DNA of 64,000 nt from Candidatus Magasanikiibacteriota bacterium (GTDB lineage: Bacteria > Patescibacteriota > Patescibacteriia > Magasanikbacterales > UBA922): positions 112,114-176,113 of the forward strand of contig DMXO01000002.1 in assembly GCA_003482855.1 (NCBI GenBank), written 5' to 3'. A program made the position numbers and the translations under genes. The notes below the pieces were generated by a model, which had not been told where the DNA came from, searched no databases, and saw only the letters and a program-made list of their open reading frames with translations. Below, piece by piece: positions 61,586 through 64,000 of this stretch. Within the stretch, counting starts at the first letter, position 1; each line of letters opens with the position of its first letter.

Positions 61586-62319
61586 TTTTTTGCAACGATA
61601 AATAAAGAACTACCGAAAGGAAATGATATAAAAGGTATAAGTCTATTTTCTATCATACCTACTACATATAACGACCTATCTATTATTTTAGGAAGTCTTT
61701 GCAAATCCGATCGTACGTTCATATCTCTTTTTACATATTCAAATATCTTCTTTGCAAGCAATATACAAAAAATGTATGGGAGTCTATAAGTGGCTTTTTG
61801 TATATCAAAACCGATACCTTTCATATTATTTTTTAGACTTTTTCTACGATATCGACGAGCACCAAATACTTGCTTGTCGTGTCTGCGTCTTAATAAAGAA
61901 AAAGCTGGTACATTAAGTATCACAATTCCACCAGGTTTTAGTGAATGGTAGATAGACTCAAGCACCTGCACATCATTTATGATTGCTTGGTGATAAAGGA
62001 CATCAAGACATATAACAACATCATATATACCAGAAACAGGTAGCCACGTATTTATATCTTGTTGTTGAACTTTTGTCAGACCCCGTTTTTTACAAAAATG
62101 TATTGCCTCGGGTGCATAGTCAAAACCTTCAACATCTCCATACACTAATAATTTTTTCATCATTCTCCCTGTACCACACCCAGCATCAAGCATAGAGATA
62201 TCTTTTTTTTTACTTCTTATATGTTTCTTTACGTAAAACAAAACAAGTGAATCAAGAACCCTATACCACCAATAAGACTCTTCATGTATAAACATGTTAC
62301 TATATTCATTTTCTCTCAT
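61582..62319 (-). CDS. Class I SAM-dependent methyltransferase
   Basis: E.SYWWY, LDAGCGTG, LDVLYH and NVPAF..HD..RRY motifs. Confidence 0.9.
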   Translation of the reverse strand: MRENEYSNMFIHEESYWWYRVLDSLVLFYVKKHIRSKKKDISMLDAGCGTGRMMKKLLVYGDVEGFDYAPEAIHFCKKRGLTKVQQQDINTWLPVSGIYDVVICLDVLYHQAIINDVQVLESIYHSLKPGGIVILNVPAFSLLRRRHDKQVFGARRYRRKSLKNNMKGIGFDIQKATYRLPYIFCILLAKKIFEYVKRDMNVRSDLQRLPKIIDRSLYVVGMIENRLIPFISFPFGSSLFIVAKK

Positions 62320-62325
62320 GTAATT

Positions 62326-63246
62326 TTATTCAAATGACTCTCTTATTGTATACTGGGGAGTTTTATTCTGTGACAAAAACATACGGCCAAGGTACTCACC
62401 CATGACACCTATAGAGATAAGCTGAATACCAGACAACATCAAGATAGCAATAACAAGCGACGGATACCCCAAAGGCAAAGATGGATTAGTAAATTTTTCA
62501 TATACAACAAATAACCCGACAATAAAGGCTCCTACCGCAAACAAAAATCCAACCACGATCATTATTCTTAGTGGTAAAATCGAAAAATTGATAAACATAT
62601 TGGACCACAATGATACCAATTTTTTGAGTGTATAATTTGACTTTCCTACCTCGCGAGCAACATGCTCCACTTTGATTTTCCCTATATAACAAGTGGTACG
62701 CAAAATAAGTCCATCAACATAAGGAAACGGTGATGTATAAGAAATTATCTTATCTATGGTAAAACGATTTATAGCTTTAAAACTTGATAGATATAAACCT
62801 CTTGGCTTCCGAAGCATTACGTTTGCAACCCTATCATTAAAAGTGCTCCCTAAATTACGAAAACGCGAATGCTTCTTCTCTTCATAATATGTATATACGA
62901 CATCAAAACCACGTTCAACAATATACCTAATAAGCTTTATTACTTCGGTTATAGGATTTTGGAAATCGTCATCCATGATAACAGCATAATCACCTGTGCA
63001 CTTATTGAGTCCCGCCATCACAGCATTATGTTCACCAACATTTTTAGCTAAACTATAAAATTTTATATGTTGGGGAAAACGTTTTTGTACCTCTACACAT
63101 GCATCTCTTGAATTATCAGGCGAACAGTCATTCACCAATACAATCTCCAAATTATATGAATTACCTACCTGCTTAATCAATTCTTCTGCAAGTCGCCCTA
63201 TGGTTTGTGAACCATTATATACTGGTATGATAATAGAAATACGCAT
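62326..63246 (-). CDS. Glycosyltransferase family 2 (ArnC/GtrB-like)
   Basis: IPVYN, VNDCSPD, MDDDFQNP, two C-terminal TMs and GEYLGRM. Start is MRISII. Confidence 0.92.
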   Translation of the reverse strand: MRISIIIPVYNGSQTIGRLAEELIKQVGNSYNLEIVLVNDCSPDNSRDACVEVQKRFPQHIKFYSLAKNVGEHNAVMAGLNKCTGDYAVIMDDDFQNPITEVIKLIRYIVERGFDVVYTYYEEKKHSRFRNLGSTFNDRVANVMLRKPRGLYLSSFKAINRFTIDKIISYTSPFPYVDGLILRTTCYIGKIKVEHVAREVGKSNYTLKKLVSLWSNMFINFSILPLRIMIVVGFLFAVGAFIVGLFVVYEKFTNPSLPLGYPSLVIAILMLSGIQLISIGVMGEYLGRMFLSQNKTPQYTIRESFE

Positions 63247-63250
63247 ATAA

Positions 63251-64000
63251 TTAATCACCAAAAGTATTAATAACGGAGATGATCTCATCTACCTGACTAT
63301 CTGTCAACTCTGGATATATAGGTATACTGACAATCTCTTCTGCAAAACGTGACGCCTGTTGATAGTCATCTCCAATCTTCCATACAAAAGCTTTCTGCGC
63401 ATGATTTGGTATAGGAAAATGAATTAGTGTTTTAATTCCTCTATCTTCCATAAACTTCATAAAGGCATCCCTCGAACCTGTCTTAACGACAAACAAATGG
63501 TACACGCTGTCACCATACGGACGTTCTACAAGAGGAACTACTTTATGTAAATTGCTTTGATACGCGTGTGCAATGGCTCTGCGTTTTTGATTATCGGCAT
63601 CTAAGTGTAAAAGTTTCACGCGCAATATGGCAGCCTGTATTTCATCAAGCCTACTATTTATACCAAAACTGTCATGCGTATATCGAGATGTCTGCCCATA
63701 ATTTCTCATGGAAATCAATGTCTCATACAATTTTTCATCATTGGTAGTGATAGCACCACCATCACCATAAGCACCCAAATTTTTGGTGGGATAAAAAGAA
63801 AATGCCCCACAAGTACCCATTGAACCTACTTTTGACCCTTTGTAACTGGCCCCAGCTGCCTGAGCACAATCCTCAACAATAGAAATTCCACGATCTTGGG
63901 CAATACGTCTCAAGGCATCCATATCACAACTTTGTCCATATAAATGCACAGGGACAATTGCCTTTGTATTTGGTGTGATATACTGCTCAATTTTTGAAGA
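63251..64000 (-). CDS. DegT/DnrJ/EryC1/StrS aminotransferase, 3' part (start outside window)
   Basis: VHLYGQ, EDCAQA, FSFYPTKNLGAYGDGG and NSRLDEIQAA motifs. Confidence 0.94.
   Translation of the reverse strand, partial: SSKIEQYITPNTKAIVPVHLYGQSCDMDALRRIAQDRGISIVEDCAQAAGASYKGSKVGSMGTCGAFSFYPTKNLGAYGDGGAITTNDEKLYETLISMRNYGQTSRYTHDSFGINSRLDEIQAAILRVKLLHLDADNQKRRAIAHAYQSNLHKVVPLVERPYGDSVYHLFVVKTGSRDAFMKFMEDRGIKTLIHFPIPNHAQKAFVWKIGDDYQQASRFAEEIVSIPIYPELTDSQVDEIISVINTFGD

Overview
AT-rich bacterial chromosome segment using genetic code 11 (TGA is a stop), with most genes on the minus strand. Gene content and style suggest a Patescibacteria/CPR genome (inference): short IF-2, domain-inflated LeuRS, type IV pilus/competence genes and giant surface proteins. 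Left to right: partial ligA; a competence/T4P cluster (pilD, pilin, receiver protein, pilM, ComEC split into two genes around a methyltransferase); leuS; two giant surface proteins bracketed by ~200-bp direct repeats; gdhA, trxA, infB, an aminotransferase, tkt, truB, rny, HU; three tRNAs plus one interrupted tRNA copy; a class B PBP, pilT, corA; and a glycan-biosynthesis locus running off the right edge. Most notable: (1) a 91-aa GIY-YIG nuclease between an intact tRNA(CAU) and a diverged copy of it that is interrupted by two tandem TCC..GGA hairpins, with the same tandem-hairpin architecture inserted in frame in leuS; (2) pervasive 7/8/9-nt-period repeat arrays, often in inverted pairs, both between genes and translated inside ligA, leuS, truB and comEC; (3) LeuRS with inserted Nudix and alpha/beta-hydrolase domains; (4) a 6S-RNA-like rod upstream of rny; (5) GC-rich orphan mini-genes with their own expression signals. 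All calls come from manual reading; no searches were run.
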